Positions 10,296 to 21,571 are shown, counted from the stretch's first letter. The stretch: DNA of 64,000 bases from an uncultured delta proteobacterium (GCA_963823335.1 CAWGLD010000005.1:160001-224000), one strand, 5' to 3'. A program made the numbers and translations. Notes: generated by a model from the sequence alone, not told the origin.

Positions 10296-11489
10296 ATGCG
10301 AATAGCAAAACGTATCGATCGATTGGGGACGGAGACAGCCTTTGCAGTTTCAGCCGAAGCCGCGGCATTTGCCAACGAGGGCAATAAGGTATACCCGTTT
10401 CATCTGGGTGACATCAATATCAAAACCCCGGCCAATGTAATGGAAGCGGCCATCAAAGCCATGAAAGACGGAAAGACCGGATACTGCCCCAATGTGGGTA
10501 TCCCCCAATTGAGAGAGCTTCTGGCAGAAGATATCAACAGGTCCCGCAATACCTTGTATAAGATCGAGAATGTCGCGATCCAACCCGGGGGCAAACCGAC
10601 CATTGGCAAATTCATTCAGACCTTGATGAATCCGGGAGACGAGGTCCTTTATCCCAATCCCGGGTATCCCATCTACGAATCTCAGATTGAGTTCCATGGA
10701 GGCGTGGCCCTGCCATACGGATTTATAGAGGGAGAAGAAAATTTCGAACTGGATATGGCGTCCATCGAGCGTCAAATCACACCCAGGACAAGGCTGTTGA
10801 TTTTGAACGATCTTCAGAATCCGACCGGTGCCGAGTGCCAGCATTTTGAGTATGAAAAGCTGGCGGAACTGGTACTGAAACACGATCTGCATGTCCTTTG
10901 TGATGAAGCGTATTTCGATATCCGGTACCAGGGGGAAAGTGCATCTTTTACCAGCATGCCGGAAATGGTAGATCGGTGTGTCATACTCTATACCTTTTCA
11001 AAAAAATTCGCCATGACAGGCTGGCGTCTGGGAGCTGTTGTAGGCCCGAGTGAGATCATCGACGTGATTGCAAAATTGAATGTAAATGACGAGTCGTGTT
11101 CAAACCATTTTATCCAGTATGGCGCAATAGAAGGATTGACAGGAGACCAGACCGAACCCAGAAAGATTCTTGAAATTCTGAAAGAAAGGAGAGACGTGGC
11201 TGTCGAAATTCTGAATTCAATAGAGGGGATCAGGTGTTACAGACCGAATGCCACCTTCTACCTGTTTCCAAATGTGACAGGAGCAATGAAGAAAAAAAAG
11301 ATTTTGGATTACGACACATTCCGCAAGGATGCACTCCATAAAACAGGGGTCTCTTTTTGCACCCGCCTCCATTTTGGCCGTCCCATGGAAGAAGAGAAAA
11401 ATATGTATATCAGGCTCGCATATTCCGGGATAGACACTCCCCAGATAAAGGAAGGACTGAATTTATTTAAAACGTATATCGAAGCCTAG
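10296..11489 (+). CDS. Class I/II PLP aminotransferase (aspartate aminotransferase-like)
   Basis: NPGYPIYES, QNPTG, DEAY, FSKKFAMTGWRLG, IRLAY. Confidence 0.95.
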   Translation: MRIAKRIDRLGTETAFAVSAEAAAFANEGNKVYPFHLGDINIKTPANVMEAAIKAMKDGKTGYCPNVGIPQLRELLAEDINRSRNTLYKIENVAIQPGGKPTIGKFIQTLMNPGDEVLYPNPGYPIYESQIEFHGGVALPYGFIEGEENFELDMASIERQITPRTRLLILNDLQNPTGAECQHFEYEKLAELVLKHDLHVLCDEAYFDIRYQGESASFTSMPEMVDRCVILYTFSKKFAMTGWRLGAVVGPSEIIDVIAKLNVNDESCSNHFIQYGAIEGLTGDQTEPRKILEILKERRDVAVEILNSIEGIRCYRPNATFYLFPNVTGAMKKKKILDYDTFRKDALHKTGVSFCTRLHFGRPMEEEKNMYIRLAYSGIDTPQIKEGLNLFKTYIEA

Positions 11490-11605
11490 GTCGGCATTTT
11501 AACAATCATATTCTTTTAGCAGTTCGGCGCATAAAACCCTCAGAATTTCGATTCTTGGAATTCTTTTTCCCAATGTCAGTTGCAATAATCCGCCTATATT
11601 ACCTG

Positions 11606-11636
11606 TTGACATAATAGTTATTTTAAATCATATTTT
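11606..11636 (+). promoter_or_regulatory. Putative sigma70 promoter of the liv operon
   Basis: Perfect TTGACA followed after 17-19 nt by an AT-rich catatt/tatttt. Confidence 0.45.
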
Positions 11637-11705
11637 CTATTCTGGAAATCTATGGCCGCCGTATTTCTCTGCCCAGAACCCTAATCTTAAAAAAAGGAGA
11701 TCGAC

Positions 11706-12869
11706 ATGAAAAGAGGCGTCTTTTTCATCTTATCATTGGCAATGGTTGTTTTATTGCTTTCACCTGCTGTATGGGCTGCAAACGAGATCAAACTGGGATT
11801 CAATATCCCCCTTACAGGTGACAACCCGGATGTGGGTGGCTCATCTAAAAACGCAGCGGAAATGTTCCTGAAAAACAACCCAACCATCGATGTTGGCGGG
11901 AAAGCGTATACCCTGAAATTCGTCTATGAGGACAACGAGTACAAACCTGAATCAGCTGTTAAAATCAACACCAAGCTGATCACGGAAGAAGGTGTTCTCG
12001 GTATTGTCGGCCCGCAGTCTTCCAGCCAGGCGGTTCCGGCCGGTGAGGTTGCCAACAACATGGCCACCCCCATGATCAGCCCCTGGTCCACCAACCCGAA
12101 CACGACCCTGGATCGGCCTTATGTTTTCCGGGGCTGTTTTCTCGATCCCTTCCAGGGGCCGGTGCTTGCCAATTTCGCCACCGAGGAGCTTGGGGCCAAG
12201 AAAGCGGCCGTTATCTATGATATCGCGGCCGACTATCCCAAAGGGCTGGCTGAAAACTTTAAAGAAGCCTTTGAAAAACTGCATGGGTCCGGCTCCGTGG
12301 TTGCCTTTGAATCCTTCACCACCGGTGACAAAGATTTTTCAGCCCAGATGACCAATATCGTCATGTCCAAGGCCGATGTGCTGTTCGTTCCCCAATATTA
12401 CTCTGAAGTCCCCCTGATCATCCGCTCCGCCAAAGAGATGGGCTGGAAAAAGGATATCCTGGGTGCAGATGCCTGGGGTGGTGGCGACTTGATGGGTCTT
12501 TGCGGCGATGACTGCAAGGGCTTGTTCTTTTCTACGCATTATGCTGCAGCGGGCGCCAAAGGGGCCACCAAGGCGTTTATCGATGCCTACACTGCTGCCT
12601 ATGGGAAAACCCCTGACGATGTTGCCGCCCTGACCTGGGACACCATCGGGGTGATGGTTCAGGCCATCAAGGATACCGGCGGTCTGTCCGGGGACATCAA
12701 GGCCGATCGCATGAAAGTTAAAGATGCCCTGGCCGTTGTTAACAATTTTCCGGGAATTACCGGTGCAATGACATTCACCCCTGATGGTGACCCGAAAAAA
12801 TGTGCCGTGATCGTTCAGATTAACGACGACGGTCAATTTGCCTTTCATAAATCCGTGTGTCCAAAATAA
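11706..12869 (+). CDS. livK: Branched-chain amino acid ABC transporter substrate-binding protein
   Basis: Signal peptide, IKLGFNIPLTG, DKDFSAQMT, FPGITG; first gene of the liv cluster. Confidence 0.92.
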   Translation: MKRGVFFILSLAMVVLLLSPAVWAANEIKLGFNIPLTGDNPDVGGSSKNAAEMFLKNNPTIDVGGKAYTLKFVYEDNEYKPESAVKINTKLITEEGVLGIVGPQSSSQAVPAGEVANNMATPMISPWSTNPNTTLDRPYVFRGCFLDPFQGPVLANFATEELGAKKAAVIYDIAADYPKGLAENFKEAFEKLHGSGSVVAFESFTTGDKDFSAQMTNIVMSKADVLFVPQYYSEVPLIIRSAKEMGWKKDILGADAWGGGDLMGLCGDDCKGLFFSTHYAAAGAKGATKAFIDAYTAAYGKTPDDVAALTWDTIGVMVQAIKDTGGLSGDIKADRMKVKDALAVVNNFPGITGAMTFTPDGDPKKCAVIVQINDDGQFAFHKSVCPK

Positions 12870-12916
12870 AATCGTTTTACGATTATATTTTCAATGGACT
12901 GGGGATTCATAATTCA

Positions 12917-12948
12917 TTCACCCACCGTGCACAGGCACGGTGGGTGAA
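12917..12948 (+). terminator. Perfect 14-bp stem-loop after livK
   Basis: ttcacccaccgtgc-acag-gcacggtgggtgaa; typical position for stabilising binding-protein mRNA. Confidence 0.7.
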
Positions 12949-13112
12949 CCTATTATCAGCCCGCACCCGTGGTTTTCATAAAGGCTGTATCCACATTATA
13001 CCCGAGTGTTTCAACTGGGCTTGGATTCGTGTTGTGCAGTCGGATAAAAGCAGCTCGGATTTCGCAGGAAAACCAATGCTTGTGTGCGGTTTTTTATCTG
13101 GGAGAGCACCGC

Positions 13113-14078
13113 ATGACCTTTAATTTTATCATGCAGAACCTCATCAATGCTTTGCAGTGGGGGAGTTTTTACGCCCTCATCGCTTTAGGCTACTCCATGG
13201 TTTACAGTATTCTCATGCTGTTCAACTTTGCCCATGGGGACATTTTTATGGTGGGCGCCTATATCGGTTTAGGTGTTGCAACCGGCCTGCTTGCATTGGC
13301 GGGAACCGGGGCCGCCGCTGTTTTGCCGGGGTGGTTTATTCTGGTGTTGACGATTCTGATATCCATGTTCCTGACCGGTTTTGTGGGCATCATCGTGGAA
13401 AGGGTAGGGTACCGCCCCCTGCGGGATGCCCCGCGTGCTTCTGCCGCCATCACCGGTCTGATGATCGGGATCATTCTGGAAACATCCAACATCCTTTTTC
13501 TGGGAGGATCGCGGCTGAAATTTCCACAGCTCATTCAATCGACCACCTACAATATCGGTGGTGTCTTTGTAACCAATAAAAAAATAATGATCGTACTGGT
13601 TTCCTTGGGATTGATGCTGGCTCTGCACCAGTTCGTGACCCGTACCAAGTACGGCATGGCCATGCGCGCCATGGCATATGATTATCTTGTCATTCCCCTG
13701 ATGGGCGTGTCCATAAATCGAGTAGCCGCCATGACATTTGCCATCGGGTCTGCACTGGCCGCAGCAGCGGGGATTCTGTTCGGGTTGGCATACCCGGTTC
13801 TCGATCCATACATGGGCGTCAGTTTTGGCTGGAAAGCATTTGTAGCGGCAATCCTGGGGGGGCGCGGTTCGATTATGGGAGCCTGTATTGCCGGTTTTAT
13901 GCTCGGATTTATCGAAATCATGACGGTGCCTGCGATCCAGATCGTCAACCGATTGTTTGATTTTAATATCGGCTCTAATCTGCGCGATCTAATTGCCTAT
14001 TCCATCGTGCTGTTGATTCTCATATTCAAACCCCATGGATTGTTCGGCGAAGCGTACAGCGCAAAACTGCGATTGTAA
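13113..14078 (+). CDS. livH: Branched-chain amino acid ABC permease
   Basis: GSFYALIALGYSMVY...FNFAHG, GMAMRA, AFVAAILGG; start reassigned to ATG 13113 (RBS ggag). Confidence 0.92.
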   Translation: MTFNFIMQNLINALQWGSFYALIALGYSMVYSILMLFNFAHGDIFMVGAYIGLGVATGLLALAGTGAAAVLPGWFILVLTILISMFLTGFVGIIVERVGYRPLRDAPRASAAITGLMIGIILETSNILFLGGSRLKFPQLIQSTTYNIGGVFVTNKKIMIVLVSLGLMLALHQFVTRTKYGMAMRAMAYDYLVIPLMGVSINRVAAMTFAIGSALAAAAGILFGLAYPVLDPYMGVSFGWKAFVAAILGGRGSIMGACIAGFMLGFIEIMTVPAIQIVNRLFDFNIGSNLRDLIAYSIVLLILIFKPHGLFGEAYSAKLRL

Positions 14079-14151
14079 AATGACACTTATTGTAATTTTT
14101 ATGCAATGTGTGAGTAAAAATTCTCGATTTCTAAGAGATTTGATCCAAATG

Positions 14152-14277
14152 AAGGGTTCAAGGAGTCAAGGGTTCGAGGGGTCAAGGTGGATGCTTAGAG
14201 GCAATAAGCAGTTAACTGTTTGACAAAGTATTGCCCTTGGACCCTCGAATCCTCGAACCCGCGGACCCTGGTCCCTT
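14152..14277. repeat. Octamer tandem repeat with inverted right arm (family C)
   Basis: aagggttc-aaggagtc-aagggttc-gaggggtc ... cccttgga-ccctcgaa-tcctcgaa-cccgcgga. Confidence 0.8.
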
Positions 14278-14344
14278 CAATCGGGAGAAGAACCATCTTC
14301 ATTGATTCCGTTTTGTCGGAAATAGTAAATTAAGGATTTTATTC

Positions 14345-15689
14345 ATGGCCGCTACAACACAATCGAAACAACAAACGGGCGTAAGGGGAAGTATCCGCCG
14401 TTTTTTTGAGGGCGCCCCCCTGCTGGCAATCTTGTTGGGATTTCTGGCCTGCACACTTTGGGAAAGGATAATCGGTGAGGTGCTGGCATCTGTCTTGCTA
14501 CTGCCTAAAATGCCCATCCTTTTCGGTCTCGTGACCATGTTCAAGGTGATCGCCGGGATGATCAACCTGGTTCTCAAGGACACGCCCTTTGCGTTCAATA
14601 CACTGCTGCATATCCCCATGGCCCTGCTCTACTTTATTTTCGTCTATACGCTGCCATTTGCTATCGTTGTCCGACTGACGGCCCGACCGGCCAATGCCAT
14701 TGCCCGCTCTTTGCAGCAATTGCCTCTAATCATCACCGCCCTGGTTCATCTTGGATTTCTTTATGCCATATTTCACTTCTGGGCTGAAATGAGTGATTAT
14801 CGATTGATTTCTCTGAAGCTGACCCTCATCGCGGTGCTGCTGACCCTCAGTCTGAACATTATCAATGGTTATATGGGGGAATTTTCATGCTCTCATCCCG
14901 GTTTTATGGGCATTGGAGCTTATATGTCCTCGCTCTTCACGGTGGGTCTGTTTGTCAACGACAAGGTTCTGGGAGACGCCTTGCTGGGAATTCCCATGGC
15001 GTATCTGACCTTCCCGTTCGCACTGATTTTCGGTGGATTGTGTGCGTCTGTGTGTGCTTTGATCGTGGCCATTCCGTCATTCAGGACCCGGGGTGACTAT
15101 CTGGCGATTATCAGTCTGGCATTTCTATTTATCGTCAAGAGCTTCTTTGAAAATATGCAGATCCCTGGGTGGTGCCAGGGGTATTATGGGACAACCGGAC
15201 TGGGCGACCCTGCCGGTCATTTTCATCGTGGTGATCATCGGTATATGGGCCATCAATAATTTTGTCACTTCAACTCTCGGCAAGGCCTTGAACGCCGTAC
15301 GGGATGATGAGATGGCTGCCGATGCCATGACCGTGGATACCCGCAAAACCAAAATGGTCGCGTTTCTTTTCGGTGCTTTCTGGGCAGGTCTGGCAGGGGG
15401 CCTGTTGGCTCACGTGCTGCGGTTTATCAACCCGGCCATGTTCGGCATTCAAAAATTGGCTGAAGTTCTGGCAATGGTATACTTCGGCGGACTCAACTCC
15501 GTATATGGCTCCATCGTGGGGGCCGTCTCCATCAGTCTTCTGGGAGAAGTGCTGCGGCCGCTGGAAATATTGAAATGGATTTTTATACCCCTGCTGCTCA
15601 TTCTGGTGATGATCTACAGACCTACCGGTCTGGTTGCATTCAAGGAACTCAATGTACGCACAGTGTTCGGCCCCAAGGAGGAGACGTAA
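14345..15689 (+). CDS. livM: Branched-chain amino acid ABC permease, +1 frameshift near 15164
   Basis: SLNIINGYMGEFSCSH, RTRGDYLAI; continues LGGARGI...AVRDDEMAA...GGLNS; extra C in atccctg. Confidence 0.88.
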
Positions 15690-15690
15690 G

Positions 15691-16465
15691 ATGCCGCTTC
15701 TCGAAGTCATTCAAATGAGTCATAATTTTGGCGGTCTTCAAGCCGTGTCCAACTATAATCTGCAATTGGACCCCGGTCAGATTAAAGGTCTGATCGGCCC
15801 CAATGGTGCAGGCAAAACAACCATATTCAACCTGCTCACCGGTATTTATCAACCGGCAGAAGGTGAAGTTCGACTGAACGGTACCAATCTTGTGGGGCAA
15901 CGGCCAAACCAGATCGCAGCACTGGGCATCGGGCGCACGTTTCAGGAGATGCGTCTGTGGCGGCACATGTCTGTGTTGGAGCATGTGAAAATGGCGCGTT
16001 ATTCAAAGCTCACCTATGGGCTTTTCGGTGCTTTCCTGGACAGCCCCAGACGACGTCACGAAGAAAAGGAGTCCACTGCCAAGGCCATGGATTACCTGGA
16101 ACTGTTCGGTGTAGACCAGTTTGCAGACCAGCTGGTGACCAATTTGCCTTATGGTGCCCAGCGGCGGGTTGAAATGGCCCGCGCCCTGGCCACGGAGCCC
16201 AAGGTGCTGCTGCTCGATGAGCCGACCGTCGGTATGACCCCCGAAGAACTGATGGACATGATTCTGGTGGTGCGCAAGGCGCATGAGCGATTCAATCTGG
16301 CAATTTTTCTGATCGAACATCGATCTACGGGTGGTGCGGGAGTTGTGCCAGAACGTCCAGACGCTGGTATTCGGTGAGGTGATTGTTGAAGGAACGCCGG
16401 AGGAAGTGCAGAATAACCCCAAGGTCATCGAGGCCTATATCGGCGATAAGGAGATAGACTTCTAA
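15691..16465 (+). CDS. livG: Branched-chain amino acid ABC ATPase, +1 frameshift near 16321
   Basis: GPNGAGKTT, LPYGAQRRVE, LLLDEP, IEH; next frame gives GTPEEVQNNPKVIEAYIG; stop overlaps livF ATG. Confidence 0.88.
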
Positions 16466-17182
16466 TGCTGTTAGATGTAAAAAACCTCCAGGTTGCATAT
16501 GGCAAAATCAAAGCCCTGCACGGCATTGATTTCCATATAAACGACGGCGAGATCGTGACGATCATCGGCGCCAATGGCGCCGGGAAAAGCTCCACCCTGC
16601 GCGCCATCTCACGACTGGTTCCATCAGGGGCCGACACGGAAATGACGTTTTCCGGTGAAGATCTGTTGAAATACCCTCCCGAAAAAGTTGTCAGCAAGCT
16701 GGGTATTACCCACGTGCCGGAAGGCCGACGGCTGTTCGGTAATTTGACCGTTCTTGAAAATCTGCAACTGGCAGCTTTTGCACGCAAGGACAAGGACGGT
16801 ATCCAGCGTGACATCGAGCGAGTCTTTGCTATTTTCTCGCGGCTCGAGGAACGCAAGACCCAAAAAGCGGGTACCATGTCCGGCGGTGAACAGCAAATGC
16901 TGGCCGTGGGCCGTGCTTTCTGTTGCAGGGCGCCGCCTGATGCTTCTGGACGAACCCTCCATGGGGCTGTCGCCGCTGTTGATGAAACGCGTATTTCACT
17001 CTTTGAAAGAAATCAACCAGTCAGAGGGAACGGCCATCCTGCTGGTGGAGCAGAATGCCCGTCTGGCATTAAAATTTGCCAAGCGTGGCTATGTCCTGGA
17101 AAATGGCAACATGGTGCTTCATGGCCCTTCAGAAGAACTGCTGGATAACGAAGAGGTGAAGAAAGCTTACCTGGGCGGTTAG
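16465..17182 (+). CDS. livF: Branched-chain amino acid ABC ATPase, +1 frameshift near 16921
   Basis: GANGAGKSS, VPEGRRLF, MSGGEQQML; next frame LLDEPSMGLSP, LVEQNA, KKAYLGG. Confidence 0.88.
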
Positions 17183-17395
17183 CCTTTTATGAACAATAGG
17201 GGACGTCCTTGACTAATTAGACAAATTAGCTCCTTTTCTTTTACACTCACCGGTGGTTGTAGACCTGTAAATCAACCGGCATACCGCCACCTCCATTGGC
17301 AGCCATCGATAAACAATTCGGCTACGTAAGTTTTTCGTGATCTTGTTGAGAGATTCTTAAATCCTTTTTCAAGAGGTCAATAAGGATAAACATCT

Positions 17396-19765
17396 ATGAC
17401 AGCTAGTATGATCCTGGTCCTATGCATTTTAGCGACAGCGGTTGTTTTTCTGGTTTCGGAATGGCTGCCCATGGAGGTGGTGGCACTGCTTGTCCTGGGA
17501 AGCGTGGCGATAACCGGCCTGGTCGATCCGATAAGTGCTTTGGCCGGGTTCAGCAATCCTGCCGTGATTACGGTAGGCGCTGTATTCATTCTGAGCAGTG
17601 GGCTTACCAAGACAGGTGTTGCCAACTGGGTCGGCAAGATAGTGTTGAAACTGTCCGGCAAGAGTGAAGCATCTATTATCGGCGTGATTATGGTTAGCGC
17701 CGGCGTCATGTCCGCTTTTATGAATAACGTGGCCGTGGCGGCGCTGATGCTTCCGGTCATTATGGATATCTCCCGTCAAACCAACAATGCGCCATCCCGC
17801 TTGATGATGCCTCTGGCATATGGTTCGCTATTGGGGGGGCTGACCACTAAAATTGGTACACCGCCCAATCTCTTGGTGAGCGGTGTGTTGAGCGAAAACA
17901 ACCTTGAAGGGTTTGCATTGTTCGATTTTACACCGGTGGGTATTGTGGTCATGGGTTCAGGCGTCCTGTTTATGGTCCTGATAGGCCGTCATCTTCTGCC
18001 CCGTCGAAATATCTCGGAAATGGATCGCAGGGAGAGAGCCCTCGATTATGAAGCACAATACAAGCTCAAAGATCGAATTTATCAACTGAAGATCCCCCTT
18101 GGCTCTCAGCTGGCCGGAAAATCCATTGCCGAAACCCGGATGGGAACACTGCTGGGTTTCACGATTATCAGCATCACCCGGAATGATAAGACCCTGTTGT
18201 CGCCCTCACCATCCGAAACTCTTTCAATATCCGACATATTGACCGTTGAAGGTGGAAAGAAACAGATGCAAATCCTGGAGATGCTGGTTCGAAACTGGAA
18301 TACATTGAGTTTTCAGGTGACGGGAGATTTGTCTCAGTGGCTTTTCTCCAAAAAAACCAGGATGGCGGAAATACGATTGAAGCCGGAAACGGAACTGACG
18401 GCAACCACACTCAAGAAGGCACAGTTTCGTAATCGATTTCAGGTTGTGGTGATGGCCATCAAACGAAAGGATGAAATTTTTCGCACCCGGCTTCAGAATG
18501 TTGTGTTGCAGGCGGGAGATCTCCTCTTTGTTCAGGGAAGCCAGGCGAACATTGAGTCATTGAGCCATCAGCCCATGTTTGAGGAATTCCGATACAGTGA
18601 GCCGGATAGCATCTTGGACATGGTTCGTTCGGATAAAAACCTCATGGTGGTGGGTATTTCCAAAGATTCGGTTCTGCATGAACAGACCCTTGCTGAGAGT
18701 AGGCTCGGGGCTGCTCTCGGTATTCGTGTACTATCCATCAAACGTGGCGAGACTATCTTTAATTTACCCGACTCTGAGCATCAGCTGTTGTCCGGCGACG
18801 TTGTTCTGCTGGAGGGCAGTCCGGATGAATTGGATATTCTCAAACAGCTTTCCGAGCTTGAGGTTCTCCCATATGAAGCGTCGAATCTTGACTGGCTGGA
18901 AACGGAAGATGTCGGTATGGTCGAAGCGATCTTGCATCCTCACTCAACTCTGGCAGGAAAAACCCTGGGCGAGCTTCGGTTTCGTGAAAAATACGGCCTG
19001 AATGTCTTGTCCATATGGCGGGGAGGCAAGGCTTATCGATCTGAAAACTTAGGCGAAATGGCGATCCAGATTGGTGACGCGTTGCTGTTATATGGAAAGC
19101 GGGCAAAATTCAATCTTCTTGGGAGTGAACCGGACTTTATGGTACTGACGGAATCCGCTCAGGAAATTCCGGATTTTAAAAAAGCCAAATTGTCATTGGG
19201 TATCATGCTGGGAGTGCTTTTCCCGGTCTTGATGGGCTGGGTTCCCATTTATATTTCGGCATTATTCGGTGCGGCATTTATGGTGATTACCGGTTGTCTG
19301 ACCACGGAGGAAGCCCACCAGTCCATAGAATGGAAAGGTATTATTCTCATCGCGGGCATGCTGCCGCTGGGGTCGGCCCTTGATGCCACCGGGGCAGCCG
19401 CTTTTCTGGCCGACGGGGTCGTGACCCTGGTGGGACCTTTCGGGCCTGTGGCCGTGATGGGCGGGTTGATGGCGCTTACATTTCTTGCAACCTGCGTTAT
19501 TCCCACGGCCGCTTTGGTGGTTTTGCTGGGACCGATTGTACTGAATACGGCTGCAACCATGGGAATTTCACCCTATGCACTCATGATGGCCATTGCCATG
19601 GCAGCATCCTCAAGCTTTATGACCCCGATTTCCCACCCGGCCAATATTATGGTCATGGGGCCGGGCGGATACAGGTTCAGCGATTATTTAAAGGTTGGCG
19701 TACCCTTGACAATCACCGTTTTTGTCGTGCTGATGCTCGTTCTGCCACTCTTGTGGCCTTTTTAA
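17396..19765 (+). CDS. SLC13/CitT-family anion permease with four TrkA-C domains
   Basis: GFSNPAVIT, SAFMNN, IGTPPNL, repeated S.LAGK(S/T) TrkA-C units, SFMTPISHPANIMVMGPGGYRFSDY. Confidence 0.92.
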   Translation: MTASMILVLCILATAVVFLVSEWLPMEVVALLVLGSVAITGLVDPISALAGFSNPAVITVGAVFILSSGLTKTGVANWVGKIVLKLSGKSEASIIGVIMVSAGVMSAFMNNVAVAALMLPVIMDISRQTNNAPSRLMMPLAYGSLLGGLTTKIGTPPNLLVSGVLSENNLEGFALFDFTPVGIVVMGSGVLFMVLIGRHLLPRRNISEMDRRERALDYEAQYKLKDRIYQLKIPLGSQLAGKSIAETRMGTLLGFTIISITRNDKTLLSPSPSETLSISDILTVEGGKKQMQILEMLVRNWNTLSFQVTGDLSQWLFSKKTRMAEIRLKPETELTATTLKKAQFRNRFQVVVMAIKRKDEIFRTRLQNVVLQAGDLLFVQGSQANIESLSHQPMFEEFRYSEPDSILDMVRSDKNLMVVGISKDSVLHEQTLAESRLGAALGIRVLSIKRGETIFNLPDSEHQLLSGDVVLLEGSPDELDILKQLSELEVLPYEASNLDWLETEDVGMVEAILHPHSTLAGKTLGELRFREKYGLNVLSIWRGGKAYRSENLGEMAIQIGDALLLYGKRAKFNLLGSEPDFMVLTESAQEIPDFKKAKLSLGIMLGVLFPVLMGWVPIYISALFGAAFMVITGCLTTEEAHQSIEWKGIILIAGMLPLGSALDATGAAAFLADGVVTLVGPFGPVAVMGGLMALTFLATCVIPTAALVVLLGPIVLNTAATMGISPYALMMAIAMAASSSFMTPISHPANIMVMGPGGYRFSDYLKVGVPLTITVFVVLMLVLPLLWPF

Positions 19766-19803
19766 ATTGTTTTTTGCACCACGTCCTTTTTTTGAGATGG
19801 CCT

Positions 19804-21522
19804 TTACTTAAAAAGACTCAGGAAATTAATGATTTTAATTGTGCCACCCTCCTTGTCCACGTCTTTAACCAGTGCAACGGCCGGGTTCCGAAACCCGGTA
19901 ACCACCTCTTTCCACACAATCGAATCGACCGTGAGAGAAATGTCCGGGTTGTCTGGAAATTTAGGCTGAATTTCTGCAACACCGTGGCGCACGTGCACGG
20001 TAAAGGCTTCTCCGGTATCGGGAAATCGAAAGCCGGCGATCATGTCCACGTCGGCGCTTTTATCAGGATTGAGGCTCACCGCCATACCCTCGAATAGACC
20101 TTCTAAAGTGATCCTGGAAAGTATTTTCCTGTCTTTGAGTTTCATCGTACCGATGTAAAGTTTGTTTTCTATTTCAAGAGCCTGGGTCAAATAGTAATTC
20201 CTGGCAGTCGATGCGATCTGCCGGTTGCCCAGGGATCTCAACGCCACAGCCTTGAGCTGGCGAACCTCTTCGGATTCCGGACTGATCCGCAGTAACTGAT
20301 CGGAAAGTTCCAGGGCCCACTGGTAATCCTTTTCGGCCACAGCCTGCCGGGTATGTGCCAGCAGATTTTGCTCACTTCCCGCCAGGGAAATGAATCGTCT
20401 GGCCTTCTCATCCGGGGACAGGGGAAAAAGATCGGTAGCGTTTCCGCCGAACCATCCGAGGTAACCGTCAAAAATAGCCCGTACCGACCACGACACCGTT
20501 CCATAATACTCCTTCAGATAGGGTTGTCGCACCAAGTGGGGAGGCAAGGTCACCTGTTGCGCAATTTCCAGGGGAGCCAGGCCCTGGTTTATCAGGCGTA
20601 TGGTCTGGTCGTGGACAAACTGGATGGCATCCCGATAATTGGTGAGGGTTTCGTGTACCGTGTCTGCGCCTGTGAGCGGTCTGGTATGATGCGGAACCAG
20701 ATACGCGGCTTTCAGTTCACGCATTGTATCCAGGCTTTTCACCCACTGGGTCACATCCCGGTAGGCGGTCCCGCGGATGGCATAAAGATTTGGAAAGGAT
20801 TTGTAGAAATTGTCGGCCGGCAGGAGTACCTTTTTTTGCGGCAGCCAGATAAAAATCTGGTCAGGCGTTTCTCCCGGGGCATGAACCAGAACCATCTCGA
20901 TGCCGGCGATCTCAAGTTCAAGGGGGGTCGAACCAAAAGTACGGGTGGGCGTTAATATCGCAAGGGTACTGTCCTCGTTAAACCGGAGTTCCGGCCCGAT
21001 ACCGCAATTTACAAGCCCGCCTTCAGGCAGCAGGGTTCCGAATTGGCGCATGGCCCGGCGATAGGTTGTATCCCGGGTGATATTCGCAATGCGATTCAAA
21101 TAATGTCCGGTGCTTTCATGGGAATACACTTCCGGGTCGTCATTACCGGCCATGACAGCGGCGCCACCTGTATGATCCGAATGAAAGTGCGTGTAGATGA
21201 TGCCCTTGACCGGCTTGGTGGAAATTTTGTCAAAAGCCTCTTTGACCGGAAGGGCAGCTTCAGCGCTTTCCATGGTGTCCACGATAACGACACCGTCATC
21301 GCCAACCAGCAGGACAGCGTTGGCGAGCCCGAACCCAACAGCCACATAAACACCGTCGGTAACTTCGATCACGTCTTGGGTGAATTCCGCTGAATGGGCG
21401 GCAAGATCCGGGTGGCTCTCGACCGCGGAATGCTCAGGGGGCTGAGATTGCGAGCAGGCCGCCACGACGATAAGCGCCATCATGCTGCAAAGCAGATGTG
21501 TCCAGGATTTTATTTTTCTCAT
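19804..21522 (-). CDS. Alkyl sulfatase (SdsA/BDS1-like; MBL fold, dimerisation and SCP-2 domains), probable lipoprotein
   Basis: THFHSDH, APGETPDQ, PNLYAIRG, YRDAIQFVHDQT, EYYG, GYLGWF; lipobox VAAC. Confidence 0.9.
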   Translation of the reverse strand: MRKIKSWTHLLCSMMALIVVAACSQSQPPEHSAVESHPDLAAHSAEFTQDVIEVTDGVYVAVGFGLANAVLLVGDDGVVIVDTMESAEAALPVKEAFDKISTKPVKGIIYTHFHSDHTGGAAVMAGNDDPEVYSHESTGHYLNRIANITRDTTYRRAMRQFGTLLPEGGLVNCGIGPELRFNEDSTLAILTPTRTFGSTPLELEIAGIEMVLVHAPGETPDQIFIWLPQKKVLLPADNFYKSFPNLYAIRGTAYRDVTQWVKSLDTMRELKAAYLVPHHTRPLTGADTVHETLTNYRDAIQFVHDQTIRLINQGLAPLEIAQQVTLPPHLVRQPYLKEYYGTVSWSVRAIFDGYLGWFGGNATDLFPLSPDEKARRFISLAGSEQNLLAHTRQAVAEKDYQWALELSDQLLRISPESEEVRQLKAVALRSLGNRQIASTARNYYLTQALEIENKLYIGTMKLKDRKILSRITLEGLFEGMAVSLNPDKSADVDMIAGFRFPDTGEAFTVHVRHGVAEIQPKFPDNPDISLTVDSIVWKEVVTGFRNPAVALVKDVDKEGGTIKIINFLSLFK

Positions 21523-21571
21523 ATGGCAAAAAAAAGGTGATAAAATTAACTATACCCTACCATCTGGCCTG

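Noticed and set aside
17195-17218. aataggggacgtccttgactaatt, reminiscent of ends near REP-associated transposases
   Set aside because: Single copy, no transposase or partner end in the window.
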